From: Octopus vulgaris
Lineage: Eukaryota
NCBI GenBank assembly: GCA_951406725.2
Contig: OX597815.1
Coordinates: forward strand, 197,842,001 to 197,906,000
DNA length: 64,000 nt
Direction: 5' to 3'
The position numbers and the translations under genes were made by a program. Each line of letters begins with the position of its first letter. Position 1 is the stretch's first letter. This document shows positions 12,885 through 26,799 of this stretch, piece by piece. A model generated the notes under the pieces. That model was given only the letters and a program-made list of their open reading frames with translations. It made no database searches and was not told the origin of the DNA.

Positions 12885-13540
12885 AGGCGTGGAAGCGGAA
12901 GATCTTATGGTTCGCACAACCTTTCTCTCTCCAAGTTAAATCCATACCTAAACCTCTCTTTAAAATCCTAAAATCTAATTTCCCACCACAACATAGATAC
13001 TATCCCATATTTAACAAATCATCAGTGAAAATCTCTTACTCCACCACACTTAATTTAGGATCCATAATTGCCACCTCGAAAACACCCCGGAGCCAACATC
13101 AGTCCTCTGAACACCTAAACTCTCACGCTGTACTCTTAATTAACCGACATAGTAGCAATAATACATCCCTTAATAATCCAAGCTATGCGACAATAAATAC
13201 TAGCTGCGATACCAGGCCCCAGTCGAATACCAATACATATTACATTTCAGATTCTCCCTCACTAACAACAAACCAACCGAGTTCAAACTCACTGACAGTA
13301 AACCCAATCCACGGAGCAGCTAGAAAAACTTGCAACTGTCGCATATCTCAATTATGCCCTCTTGGAGGCTCCTGTCTACGCAAAAGTATATTCTAAAAAG
13401 GCTGTGTTATAACATTACGTCCCACCAAGCAAGGGTGTATATCGGCGGCAACGTAGATTTCAACAGCCGCTACCGTGCACACATGAACACTTCCACCAAT
13501 CCAAATTCTAAATTATGAACCTCTTTACCATCGTATATAC
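12885..13540 (+). pseudogene. Penelope-like element fragment (Neptune-type Cys linker plus GIY-YIG endonuclease)
   Basis: KRKILWFAQPFS..NFPPQHRYYPIFNKSSVKISYS..CNCRISQLCPLGGSCL, then after a stop/frameshift VYIGGNVDFNSRYRAH. Confidence 0.85.
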
Positions 13541-15549
13541 ACAAAACCCTGAATAACATATACAGAATAATGGTGATCTGAAACTACTAAGATCAAAAAT
13601 AGTATTATCATTTTTATATCGTAGAGAAAATTATAAGAAAATTCGAGATTTATAATACATGAATTTGAATCTTTGAATATGAGCCTTTCTTCTTTTTTAT
13701 TTTGTACTTGGATAATAATTGCATTATTTTACCTCGCGATCGTATAAAAACAGCATTTAGCGCGATACAATATCAGTTAATATCGAATAAACTCAAAGAA
13801 CGCCACTGATTTGAAGGTCAGCAATTATGCAGAACTGAATGATTAGGCTGTAGTAGTATTTGTAATCTTGTGGGCCCTTTTGGCCACTGCACTTGCCTCT
13901 GGGAGAAGTTTTTACTCTACAAATTTTGTAGTATACGTTTATCATTTAAAACATTGCTTTCTGTTCTGTCACTGCAATTATACTGTTACTTTCAACGCAA
14001 CACTATTTTTTCACACACGTTATGATAATATATACTAAACTGAAGAAAAAAAAACTCCGCGTTGATTTAGAACATTAAATAACAACTTATTCGCATTTAA
14101 AAACATTACATATAACTCAATTGCTAAGCAAGTATATTGTGCTTATGGAACGAAATAACTAACGAAATGACATTTTGGCAGGTATCACAGCGTGTGAATA
14201 ATGTTTTATTTGCTTTTCGTAAAAACTTAGCCTTTAATTTAAACAGGAAATTACTGTCGTTTGTTGATAAGTATCTAAGCTAGGGCTGGCATTCTGACAA
14301 CGCATTTTACTATTTTAATAGTCACATTCATCTGTCGTCTTGGATTGTTAATGCTATTGAAAATATAAACATATATATTTTGGTTAAAAGCGCATGCCGG
14401 ACTCTATAAAATATAATTAGGTCCCAAAGCAAAAGAGGTAGTTTGTGTTGTTTATTAACTTTGAATATATTTGCACAATCCTATTACGGAGTTTGTAATG
14501 ACAGGTTAGATAAATTATCTTCGAAAAACAAATGCTTATAGACATGGGCAATGTATCAATAAACAATATGTTCGTAATCCTACATCTTGGAAATGACAAA
14601 TATGATTCTGTTCGAAAATATCATTGTATATAATGGAGTTTAGGACCAATATTTCTATAAATAATAATTTGTCTGAATTGGAATAAATAAATGGATACTT
14701 GATTTGATTACATTCAGTTATATCTAAAGTTAACTTCATATAAAAATCGTCGTAAGTTAGTGGAAAATAAAATTGTAACGAATAAATTCTGCCTAATGCT
14801 GTCTGCACTCGGAAAAACAAATTAATCGGAAATAGTAGTGTAGTCTTAAATATAAAGTGCACTTCTGAAAAATAGAGAAAATACTAACGAAGAGATACAT
14901 TGAACTGTTTGCCTGAGAATACTTCATAAATGTGCATTGTACTTAACTGAGGTACACAATAGCTATATGTACCTATGCATGTGTGAATGTGTGCACTTAC
15001 GCGTATGTGGATGTACTGTAACAATAAGTAGATAAACTGCCAGCAGAGAGATTTACTGCTACTCACAAAATAATTTACACATTTGATTCCCAGTTTGTGT
15101 AATTTCCCCTTTTTACCATTATTCTTTTAAATATTTCTCAGTCACTCAGTAAATATATTTAGAATAATATTTTGCATTCAGACAACGATACAATTTACGA
15201 AGAAAACAAGTATCATATTGATTTGGCTTAGCTACAAATGGGTAACCCTACTGTCACTAACACAATGCCATATTATATCCGAGCGAAACAGGGTTCATTT
15301 AACGAGATGCCTCTTATAACATTACCTGATAAGACGCTTCTGTTTCGAGGGATGCATCAGGACTAGTTGTGTGGTTTCCCACCCGCGGGGTATTAATGCA
15401 AGAAGTGTCGAAATGATCATTGCAAGCAATGAAGCCACCCGTGTAATCCATTATTCGTCCTTTTTATGCGTTATATATATTTATATGATTTTGATTTTGA
15501 TTTTTCCAGTTTCAGCTAATGAGCTGTGGCCATGCTGGGGCACCGCCAT

Positions 15550-15581
<32 letters not shown>

Positions 15582-15589
15582 TACATCTG

Positions 15590-15810
15590 CGTGTGTTTGT
15601 GTGTGAGTGTATGCGTGTGTGTCTCTGTGTCTTTCACCCCCACTTGATAACCGGTGGTGTGTTTACGTTCCCGTAACTAAGCGGTTCGGCAATAGTGTAC
15701 GATAGAATAAAGACCTGGCTTTTATAAATAAGTACTTGGGTTGATTCATTCGACCAAAATAACTTTATAACATGGCCGCAGTTTGATGAGTGATGACACT
15801 ATTAGAATAT
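15590..15810 (+). mobile_element. SINE family A, 3' half, degenerate
   Basis: CTTGATAACCGGTGGTGTGTTTACGTTCCCGTAACTAAGCGGTTCGGCAA. Confidence 0.7.
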
Positions 15811-15901
15811 AAAATTTATTGTGGTTTAAGCTTTTGTGTACATATGAAAAAGAGCGTTGGGCTTATGATTTTAAAATTTAAATATCTATGTAAAATATGA
15901 G

Positions 15902-15937
<36 letters not shown>

Positions 15938-16077
15938 ACTTATAAACAAGTGCAAAAGAAAATTATTTCTATGCCAATATGCTGATAACAGACTTTTAAA
16001 TCGTCAATTTCCACATATCATTATACCCACTACGGAACACGGATACACAAACATATATATATATATACATAAATGCA

Positions 16078-16242
16078 TACGACGGGCTTCTTTTAGTTTC
16101 CGCCCGCCAAATCCACTCACAAGGCTTTGGTCGGCCCGAGGCTATAGTAGAAAACATTTGCTCAAGGTGCCATGCAGCTGGACTAAACCCAGAACCATGT
16201 GGTTGAGAACCAAGCTTCTTACCACACAGCCTCTCCTGCGCC
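16078..16242 (-). mobile_element. SINE family A, 5' half
   Basis: Reverse complement GGCGCAGGAGAGGCTGTGTGGTAAGAAGCTT..GGGTTTAGTCC..TATAGCCTCGGGCCGACCAAAGCCTTGTGAGTGGATTTG. Confidence 0.9.
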
Positions 16243-16650
16243 TATGGATATTAAAGTTATAGTATAGTAAAGTGTCACCTTGTATTCTTTTATTTTTCTT
16301 CTATTTCCATTTGTATTATTTTTATTTTCCCCTTTAACTTTATATTTGATTTCTTTATCTTTTCTTCTCCCTTTATCCTTAATTGTTTTATGAACTCTCC
16401 TTCGCACTATAGTAAATTATCCTTCGCACTATAGTAAATTATCTACTACACCCCCACTCCAGCCTACCTAGAATCTAGCCTAGCAGACTCCTTCTTAGCT
16501 GGTTCACTGACCTTGGATACCATATTAGTCTCTTTTCTTTCTTTAAACGACCAACGTAGCTGTTCATTCTCCCTTTTCACAGTCGGCCTGGACATATTCT
16601 AGCCACATACTAGTTGGAGTTTTGGGCTATTCCTTTGCTTTGTAAAAATT

Positions 16651-16717
16651 ACTACACATCTGATGAATGTTCTTATTCTTCTATTAAAAAGTTATGTATG
16701 AAACAGCTGTAATGAGT
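16651..16717 (+). ncRNA. Minimal type-I hammerhead ribozyme motif (Penelope pLTR-type)
   Basis: CAT-CTGATGA(16660-66)-ATGT..GTAT-GAAA(16700-03)-CAGCTG-TA-ATG: canonical core, palindromic helix-III loop, short stem I CAT/ATG. Confidence 0.7.
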
Positions 16718-17064
16718 TGAAAAGTATCCATCATTTGTTATTATTCATTTGATTATATATATATATATAATTCATACATGTGTGTGTTTGTATATATATG
16801 CGTATGTCTGTGACGTACGGGCTTACACATAGCTTCCGACTACTAAATTTACTCTCAAATTATTAATCAGTGAAAGGCAGAAGGAACTGTCCATGTTACC
16901 GTGCGTGATACTGAACCCGAGCTATGCCTGTACCTGTTGAAGAACTTAGGAAGTATGATTCAGATCTTCCTTAAATGGAATGCATAGTGCATTTTATAAA
17001 TATGGAAATATTGTTCGTACGATTTTATTGAATAAGCGTAGCACTTATACGATATTTTTTATGA

Positions 17065-17138
<74 letters not shown>

Positions 17139-17425
17139 CTGACTACTGTCACTAAATAGATCGATCAATCGCATGTTCCCAGTTTTTGTTGAAAACTATG
17201 CCTGGATATTGCAAGGTATTATAGTAGCTAAAGCATAATTCATGATGAAATTGATGTTTTATTTTGCAGTATATTAGTTAATACGTTACACTGTCTGCAA
17301 ACGTTAATATATTAAAACAATGTACATATCATAAAATGAAAATTTGTTTTTGTCTTTATGGAGCAGAAATCTTTCAGGTCATACATTTGCTAAAATCATT
17401 CTGTCTCTGCAATATTTATGGATAT

Positions 17426-17799
17426 ACGTAGGAGTGGCTGTGTTGTAAGTAGCTTGCTTACGAACCACATGGTTCCCGTTTCAGTCCTACTGCGTGGCAC
17501 CTTGGGCAAGTGTCGTCTACTATAGCCTCGGGCCGAACAAAGCCTTGTAAGTGGGTTTGGTAGACGGAACCTGAATGAAGCCCGTCGTATATATGTATAT
17601 ACATATGTATGTGTGAGTATATATGTTTGTGTGTCTGTGTTAGTCTCCCCAACATCGCTTGACAAACGATGCTGGTGTGTTTACGTCCCCGTAACTTAGC
17701 GGTTCGGAAAAAGAGACCGATAGAATAAGTACTAGGCTTATAAAGGTGGTGCTCCAGCATGGCTACACTGAAATGACTGAAACAAGTAAAAGAGTAAAA
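17426..17799 (+). mobile_element. SINE family A, near full length
   Basis: tRNA-like head, internal (TA/TG)n spacer, 3' half ending AATGACTGAAACAAGTAAAAGAGTAAAA. Confidence 0.9.
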
Positions 17800-18830
17800 C
17801 GAGGAAAAAAAGAGTAAAAATATCGATTCATTCTCAAAAGAAGGGAAAAGATTTTAGGAATCTGCATTTTAAACAGTATTTCTACTGATCTTCTGATGTT
17901 ACTGTGAGCATTACAGACTTTTTATTATATCTATTTATGACGTCATATTTATCATAGGGAATTTTTAAAGTACACAAAAATATGTAATAGAAATTTAAAG
18001 GGCCAAATGATAACCTTGCATTTTGAAACCACAATGAAACACGGCAATTTTAAATACTGCTCATATTTGTGAGTGTTTGAGCTAAAATTTCATACGAATC
18101 TCCACAGTTTCATATACTAATTATTTCAAAGCTACGTTAATTAATACTATAGACAGTTCATATTTTAAATTGAAATATATTAGAACATATTTATTGCATG
18201 TGGAATTCTATTTACATCCACTACTCGGTAATCCCACCCATCCACATTCTATTTAATAAATTAATTTCAGTAAGTGCCGATTCATTCATTTAGTGAGATG
18301 ATTGAGTCAGTGGGAAGAGTAAAAATAAACGATAATTGCAATTAACATTTGAAAATGTCCATATTCCCAAATCTCATTTTAAAATGTTGAATGGAATTTT
18401 ATTTCCATTCTTCTATATATGGATTGGAATATTGAATCAATTACGCAAAACGTTCAAAAGCATATAATAGAAATTGAAATTTTAGGTATTTTTTTACAAA
18501 TTTTATTAGCTGAGGCACCATTTATATTATACTGCCTGTTCACTTTAAAAATAAGATTATTTATGTAAGGCCATCAGTAAATCTAAAAATAGCGGCATTT
18601 GTATAAGTTAATCTATGTTATAGTCCAAATCGTAATGTTTTTATGAATTTTTTTTAGAAAATATTAATTCCAGTTATATTCTGCAGAATAAATATAATAT
18701 TTTCAAATTAGATGTATAAGAAATTAATGTCTTATCAGGTAAATACATCGAAAATTTAATTTAAGTGGAATTTTATATAAAAGTAGAATGTTTACGGAAA
18801 TATATTTCTTTTAATATTAAAGATCCCCAA

Positions 18831-19042
18831 GGCGGTGGTCTGACAGAATTGTTACATCATTGGTCAAAGTAATCGGCAGCATTTCGTCTGTCTTTACATT
18901 CTGAGATCAAATGCCGCCAGAGACGTCTTCGATTTCATCCTTACGGAGACGATGAATGAGGTACAACTTGAGCAGTAGAGTCGATGTGATCGGCTTACTC
19001 CAGCCATGAAATCACTGACCTTGTCCCAACATTTGAAACCAT
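18831..19042 (+). mobile_element. SINE family B, old degenerate copy
   Basis: GGCGGTGGTCTGACAGAATTGTTA..CATTTCGTCTGTCTTTACATTCTGAGATCAAATGCCGCC. Confidence 0.7.
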
Positions 19043-20072
19043 TATTAAGTATATTCCAGTGTAGAGAATATGTTCCGAACAACAAGGTGGTTGTGAAATG
19101 CCAAATAATTTTAACGGGACAATGAATTCAGTTTTCTGAACAGTATTGCTAAATCATTCATCTACTCTTATCAAGCAACTGTAATAAACCTAACACAACA
19201 CATGATTAGTAAAGTCTTTCAAAAATATCTCTGATATAAATTGGAAAAAGATTTCCGTAAAATATTCGTGTGATTCTAAACTTAAATTTTCACATGACAC
19301 AATTTCTCGTCACTTCTGTGGTTTATATTTCAGATTGTAAGTATTACGCACATTTATATATGCCATCGTTCAACTTCGATGCCGTATTTATATTCTACAT
19401 ACATTGGAAAATATATGCGAATATTTGATATTCCTATGATAATATCGCTACTACGAAATGATTTTTTAAATTCTGGCCTTTGTTTGGGGCAAATTAGTGA
19501 AGCCTGTAAACGCCTTTGATGCACTTATCCAAAATTGAAATATATGTATCAGTTAAGTGTTAAATAATTACAACAGTGGGTATTGAGTTATATGAATAGG
19601 AAATTTCTCTTACATATTTTGTCAACAAAACGAAACTGTCTGCGCGTCTTATTTAATGAATTTTCCCGCACTTTATCTTCCTTCATTTATCATTGAGTAG
19701 GTATTGTCAACACTTTGAACAGGATGTTAGAACCACCAATTTCTTCATTTGTGTTACGTCTGCTGATATGAAGTGCAATAAAAAACAATTTCCCTACACC
19801 TTGCTAATCTGTGTTAATTTTTGCAAAGGTTCGATATCAGGCTTTCTCTAGTTTTCCCTGTACTTTGCATACGTCAGCTGGCAGCCACGATAAGGCCATA
19901 GAATCTATTGAGATTTTTGCACCTGATTGAATTTCGACGGATTTTAGAAGTAATGGCAGTTACCAGATTTAGCTGTACGTCGAAGAAGATCGATCATTCT
20001 TTACAGATATCATACCCCAAACAATCCGCAATATTGATCTGAGATTCCGATTCATGGGCAGCAGAATTTCGT

Positions 20073-20310
20073 CACTTAGCTAACCTTGCGAATGGATTCG
20101 ATAGACAGAAACTGAAAGAATCCCGTCGTATATATAAATATGTGTGTTTATCTGTGTGTGCTTGCGTATGTATGTGTTTTTGTTTGTGTGTTTGTCTCCA
20201 CAGCCACCGCTTCACAACTGAGCTTCGTGTGTGTGCGTCTGCGTACCTAGAAGTTTGGCAAAGGAGACCGATGGAATAAGTGCTAAGCTTAAGAAATAAG
20301 TCCTGGAGTC
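20073..20310 (+). mobile_element. SINE family A, internal fragment
   Basis: CCTTGCGAATGGATTCGATAGACAGAAACTGAAAGAATCCCGTCGTATAT..GAATAAGT. Confidence 0.75.
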
Positions 20311-20963
20311 TTACCAGATTTTCTCTAGTTTTACTGGTACTTTTCATGTATCAGCTAGCAGCCTCGGGAATTTCGACAGATTCTAGCGATATGAGTTTCC
20401 AGATTTTTTTGTACTCCAGATAATCAAGAATATTGTTCTGAGGTGCTGATTCACAACCAATATTCTAGAACGTTCTGCAGATATTAAAAGCAGAATTTAA
20501 GGCAAATATTAAAAGATTTTTGTAGAATCTTATGATTTTTATATAGTCGTGTACTAAGTATAACAAGAGTAACACAAGAATTATGTTATATTCTACGTTG
20601 AATTAGAATTCTTAAATAAACTTATCATTATATGTACAGAAGAAATTTGATTTCTCCCTACACGCAGTTTGAATTTATTGAAATGTATTAATGCACGGAA
20701 TAAAACAAATAATTGAACAATCTATTTGAGTTAATAGATTTCTTGATATGTATTAATATTCAGAATTGCATTATCATAAATGATGAACTTGATAAACATT
20801 TTTCATGATTACGTTAAGAAAGAAAAAAGATTAAAACTTAATAAATAATTGAATAATTTCATGTATGCCGAGTCATGAATAGAAACTATTTCAGATATGC
20901 AAATTAGACATCACCTACAAAAATATTTAGCAGCTGAGAACTTCTTTTCTAGAAACAAACATA

Positions 20964-21415
20964 GGCGCAGGCATGGCTATGTGATAAGAAGCTTGCTTCC
21001 CAACCACACTGTTCCAGGTTCAGTCCCACTGCGTGGCATTTTCGCCAACTGACTTGTAGTATAGCCTCGAGTCGACCAAAGCCTTGTGAATGAATTTGGT
21101 AAAAGGCGACTGAAAGACGCCCGTCGTATATATAAATATGTGTGTGTGTGTCTATGTCTGTGTGTGTGTGTGTGTCTGTATTTATGTGTGTGCATCTTTG
21201 TTTTTGTGTTTATCAACCCACCATCGCTTGTTAACTGAGGTTTGTGTATTTATGTCCGTGTAACCTAGCAGTTCAGAGACGAGGGCCGATGGAATAAGTA
21301 CTAGGCTTAAGAAATAAGTCGTGGGGTCGATTTGTCCGATTAAAATCTTTCAAAGCGGTGCTCTAGAATGGTCGCAAGTAAAACAATAAATTACTGAAAC
21401 AAGTAAGACAATAAA
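20964..21415 (+). mobile_element. SINE family A, full length
   Basis: GGCGCAGGCATGGCTATGTGATAAGAAGCTTGCTTCCCAACCAC..CTGAAACAAGTAAGA. Confidence 0.9.
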
Positions 21416-22564
21416 ATAATATCTTCACCCACAGAATCACAGATTTCTGCTTGAATTTGAAAATGTTCCCTGATTTGTACACCAATGTCTTCATAGGGAT
21501 CACAGAGATGACGAAAATGAATAACATGAGAAGGTGGGCGAAAATAGGGCTAGAAGTTTAAAGCCAAATTGTCCTGAACAGGTGTGTGTTCTGTGGAAGC
21601 ACACAGACAAATGAGTATGAAGCTTACTAAGTACTGCACGTGTATCGACAAAAAAACTTTTGATAGTCATTTGCTCTGAAGAAACAATGAGAATATCAGA
21701 TGTGCAGAAGAGACGAAGAAACCATGGAATTGCTCATATTACCGCAAAAATAAAGCAAATATCAAAAGATCTCGACGGTACAGTTAAACCGTAGCCCCAT
21801 TTGTGTCAAAATTCTCGTTGGCTACTCCATAAATAGGTCGGCAGGGAAACAAATCACGTCCGTAATATTCATTGTTATATCTAGTTTTTCAATATTAACA
21901 GAAACTTTGAAAATGGACCCCGAAATTTGCATTTTATGAGCGTCAAATTTTGCTGCCTATATGCATTATTGTCGATGTTATTTTTATTCCTGTTTTTATT
22001 GGATTGGCAACACTGTAAAAAATATTCATACCGGCGAAACTAATTATTTGCACGTTGAGAATTTATTATTTCTTCCTTCATATTATTTTGGTTATATAGT
22101 TTCTTTAGACTTTATAGAATTCACTGAATTTTGAGATATTTTAATCATGCATAGTTAGGAGATAATACATATCTGAAATTAAAAAGAAAAATCTTACGTT
22201 CGTTCACATAAGTATTGAAAATACGCAATGTTTGCCAATAAATAATAAGAAAATTCTATTCCAAGCAGTTGGCTTTCGTTATATCTTGGAAACTATTACT
22301 CTCGTAAATTGCCTCTTCAGACATCCATCTAAAATTTTGGTTTAATTTTCTATAATGTTACAAAATATTTTCCGTGTTGGTGGGTATACCTTATCCATAT
22401 CATTGCAGGTGATATACATCATTTTCTTGACACATTTTTACACTCTGTGTTTTGTAGCGTGTAAATTAAAAATTGCATTTGGTGGATGACATTTTTGTGC
22501 ATACAATATCAGAGCGGGTAGATATATTTCTTACCATCAGAATGGAAATGCTATATACTACATA

Positions 22565-23104
22565 GGCGCAGGAGTGGCTGTGTGGTAAGTATACGCGCAG
22601 GAGTGGTTGGGTGGTAAGTAACTTGCTTACCAACCACATGTTTCCCGGTTCAGTCCCACTGCGTGGCACCTTGGGCAAGTGTCTTCTGCTATAGCCTCGG
22701 GCCGACCAAAGCCTTGTGAGTGGATTCAAGGGGATTTGGTTAGTCCCAAACACAAAGAAGCCCGTTGTATATACACATGTATATATTTGTGTGTATACGA
22801 TGGTGGTGTGTTTATGTCCCTGTGACTTAGAGGTTCGGCAAACGAAGCCGAAAGAATAAGTACTAGGCCTACAAAGAATAAGTCCTGGCGTCGGTTTCTT
22901 CGACTAAAACTATTTTAGGATTTGCTCTAGCATGGCGACAGTCAAATGACTAAAGCAAGTAAAATAATAAAAGTACTACCAGCCACATGGCTCTGGGTTC
23001 AGTCCCACTGCGTGGAACGTTAGCAAGAGTTTTCTACTATAGCCTCGGGTCGACCAAAGCATTGTGAATTGGATTTGGTAGACGTAAACTGAAAGTAGCC
23101 TGTC

Positions 23105-23107
<3 letters not shown>
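22565..23107 (+). mobile_element. Two tandem SINE family A copies (22565-22973 with duplicated 5' end; 22975-23107 truncated)
   Basis: GCGCAGGAGTGG..GTGGTAAGTA occurs twice at the start; second copy starts at the tail of the first and is followed by (TA)n(TG)n to about 23272. Confidence 0.9.
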
Positions 23108-23192
<85 letters not shown>

Positions 23193-23202
23193 CTGTGTGT
23201 GC

Positions 23203-23234
<32 letters not shown>

Positions 23235-23696
23235 CTGTGTGTGCGTCTGTATGTGTGTGTGTGTGTGTGTGTTTCTGTTATAGGTTGTAATGCATGCATA
23301 GTTTAATGCTTGTGTAACACCCTATTTCTTCTTTATACATAAAATCTCCATACATACATCGTTAGATGTGTATGACCATCGCTGACAAATATCTCAGAAA
23401 AGGTCTCAGGAATTCCCGTGAAAATTGTAAAGCAGTTGCGGTTTGCACAACACCACAATGACTCATTAATTGAGATAAAAAAAGCAAAGAGCGAGATATT
23501 TGATTGAGTATAGCAACGTGTGTCATATACGAGTTAGCCTTTCCTTAGAGGGATGCTTTGACAAAACCAGTGGTCCTTAATTCTCAGTTAGCTTACGGGA
23601 ACCCTCGGACGCTATCCCTCCATCGATACACACTGAACTCTTGAACACCATCCATCGATAAACACGCACATGCACACACACACATACACATACACA

Positions 23697-23928
23697 GGCG
23701 GCGAGCTGGTAGAAACGTTAGCACGCCGGGCGAAATTCGTAGCAGTATTTCGTCTGTCGTTACGTTCCGAGTTCAAATTCCGCCGAGGTCGACTTTCGCC
23801 TTTAATCCTTTCGGGGTCGATAAATTAAGTACCAGTTACGCACTGGGGTCGATGTAATCTACTTAATCCCTTTGTCTGTCCTTGTTTTTCCCCTCTGTGT
23901 TTAGCCCCTTGTAGGTAGTAAAGAAATA
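23697..23928 (+). mobile_element. SINE family B, full length
   Basis: GGCGGCGAGCTGGTAGAAACGTTAGCACGCCGGGCGAAA..GAGTTCAAATTCCGCCGAGGTCGAC..GGGGTCGATAAATTAAGTACCAG..TAGTAAAGAAATA; central part resembles the Deu/Nin SINE domain (from memory). Confidence 0.9.
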
Positions 23929-25932
23929 TATGTGTATATGACTGCACGTGCATGTCTGTGTGTGCGTTTGTATTGGGAGCATAAAGTAATAAATGAATGT
24001 GAGAGCAATATATCATGTAGTCACTGGTATATAGTCACATCTGTTTTATTTATAAAACCTTTTATAAACACAGTAATTGTAAACTTTTGAACATGTTACT
24101 GTATGTTACGCTTTGAGGTAATTTTTTCCACTATACTTTAGTTTCAGAAAATACGTCCTAAACAGAATATTGCGTTTCGTCAGAGAAATTAAAAGAGAGT
24201 ATGTTATATACTATACTATGTTCTGGATAAATATTTCCTTCGAAACTCATACATTGCTTATTCAGCTACTGAAGCATTGCATAAGATAATAAAGGATAAC
24301 TACAGCGTTTTGCTACTAAGTCTGTATTGCAAATAGCATCCTATAAATTTACAAATCATTCTTGTAGCCATTAGATTATTCAATATTTCCCCTAACTGTT
24401 AATGCAGAAATATAAGGAGGAAAACTTTTTCCAAACATGGCATTGATATGTTGTTCAATAAATATTTCGCTTCTACGTTTGTTTTCAAAGATGAATAGCG
24501 GAACATGTTTTGGGAATTTTCCAGCATATGTGAGATATTTAGTTTTTATTTTATTGCTTCTTTACTCTAAATACCGTAGTGAGCTGTATATAATAACAAA
24601 ATACCAGGATTAAATCTACAACCATTTATAGGTGTTTCCTTTCTGTGTTTCCCATGAGACTGACTTTGTGCTAAATTATTTTTATTTATTTCGTACGACA
24701 GATGAATATGACATGCAATAAGAGATTGTTGCTTACCACGACACGATAGTTTTATTTTATGATGGAGAATAATATAATATAAGTCATATTTGGCAGTTTT
24801 AGTTCTATAATAATGCTACAATTTAATATCACTCCTGTTATTTGGAAATCTGTTTTGAAGCATTTGAGAAATTGCCAATTTTTGTTCGTAATACTTCGTG
24901 AGATTCCACAGGGAAAACATGTCCATGTATCTTAATTTTTTTTCCTGCAACGCTTTACATATAATAAGTAAAATAAAATATGCTCGTATCAAGTGAAGCA
25001 GAATATATTCATATTTGTGGCAGCAATACATTCATATTAATAGATTGTGAAAAAAACGTATTTTGTAAAGATTGGATTTTTTGTCATAAAAATAAGGTAC
25101 CGAAAGTTCTGAAATTATGTATATAAAAACATGTTATGTAAGTATATATGCAAGTATACATTGACATACACACATACATACACAGACGCACACACAGACG
25201 CACACACACACACACACTTATATTCTGTGTGTATGGGCGCCAGAGCGTAAAATAATGTGTATAGATATATATCTATATGTATATGTATATATATTTATAC
25301 ATACATATATATACACGGCGTGTATTTAAATGTGAGTCATGGTGTAAAAAGTTGTATATATTCATTGTTACACATGTTTATGCGGATATATAAAACATAT
25401 ATGTGTACATATGTCTATTTATGCATACACACACATGTATATACATGAACATTTATAAACATGAATATATGTAAATATAGGTACGTATATATATATTTAT
25501 GCATATATATATGTATATATCTATCTATCTATATATATATATATATAGACACACATATATACACATCTACACACATGTATATACATATATGTACGTATTT
25601 TTACATATTCATATATGTATATTCAGTGAGTATGTAGCATAAGATGCACTCCCGTGTAATATATAAGCTATTTCATGTATGGCATACTTATAAGTAATGT
25701 ATATAATTTGTTTAAATATACTCAAGCTGATTATCCATAAATATAACCGAGTAACATCGTTGAAACAAATATACCTATTTTGTTTCATCTCCAGGTACCA
25801 TACCTTTCTGTATAGCACTCAGGCTTTTGGACGTTTCCGCTGGATTTATTTTCTCGTCGGTTCTATTGAGAGTCATTGGGTTTATATTTCACACATATAT
25901 CTAATTCTCTCTGCCTGTGTATGTATATATAA

Positions 25933-26154
25933 GGCGGCGAGCTGGCAGAAACGTTAGCACGCTGGGCGAAATGCGTAGCTGTATTTCGTCTGCCGTTACG
26001 TTCTGAGTTCAAATTCCGCCGAGGTCGACTTTGCCTTTCATCCTTTCGGGGTCGATAAATTAAGTACCAGTTACGCACTGGGGTCGACGTAATCCGTTTG
26101 TCTGTCCTTGTTTGTCCCCTCTGTGTTTAGCCACTTGTGGGTAGTAAAGAAATA
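25933..26154 (+). mobile_element. SINE family B, full length
   Basis: Near-identical to 23697-23928. Confidence 0.9.
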
Positions 26155-26467
26155 TAAACATATATATATATGGGCGTAGGTGTGACTCCGTGGTACGACG
26201 TTTGTTTCCCAGCCACCTGGTTCTGGGCTCTCTTTCACTGAGTTTTACCTTGGGTAGGTATACCTCTGTCCAAAGCCTTGTTTGTGTAGTTGCCAGACGG
26301 CACAGAATGGAATATGCGATATATGTATGTTGCAATTTCCAATAACCCAGAGTTTCAGAAGAAGGACACCGATAAGGGTGAGAGGTGAAAAAGAGGAAGT
26401 ACTGCGGTCTAGATCATGTACAGGCCAAAACAAATTCAATATATCTATATTTTATTGCTGCTGCTGA

Positions 26468-26799
26468 GATCCCCTTCCGTCATGACCGACCGTGGGATTG
26501 CACCGAGGAAGTTACCCTCCCAGGCACAAGTCTGGAAAAAATTGCTTATGAAAGACCAGCAGTCGTCCGTGCATACCGGCCTCCCCTCTTCACGCCACCA
26601 GTGTTATCCAAGGGAAAGGCAAATGCCGAAACAGCTTGGCACCTGTGACGTCGCTACTTATTTCTACAGCTGAGTGAACTGTAGCAACGTGAAATAAAGT
26701 GTTTTGCTCAAGAAGAGAACACGCAGCCCGGTCCGGGATTCGAACTCAGAACATCACGATCGTAAGCCCGACGCTCTAACCACTAAGCCATGCGCCTTC
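26468..26799 (-). mobile_element. SINE family C (tRNA-Arg-like head)
   Basis: Reverse complement GAAGGCGCATGGCTTAGTGGTTAGAGCGTCGGGCTTACGATCGTGATGTTCTGAGTTCGAATCCC. Confidence 0.85.

Noticed and set aside
13560-13612. GATCT..AGATC stem downstream of the Penelope GIY-YIG fragment, where a hammerhead is expected
   Set aside because: Neither CUGANGA nor GAAA is intact in the right position
15325-15365. Minus-strand CTGATGCA-TCCCT-CGAAAC..GTC resembling a hammerhead
   Set aside because: Core interrupted, no stem II, stem I not evident
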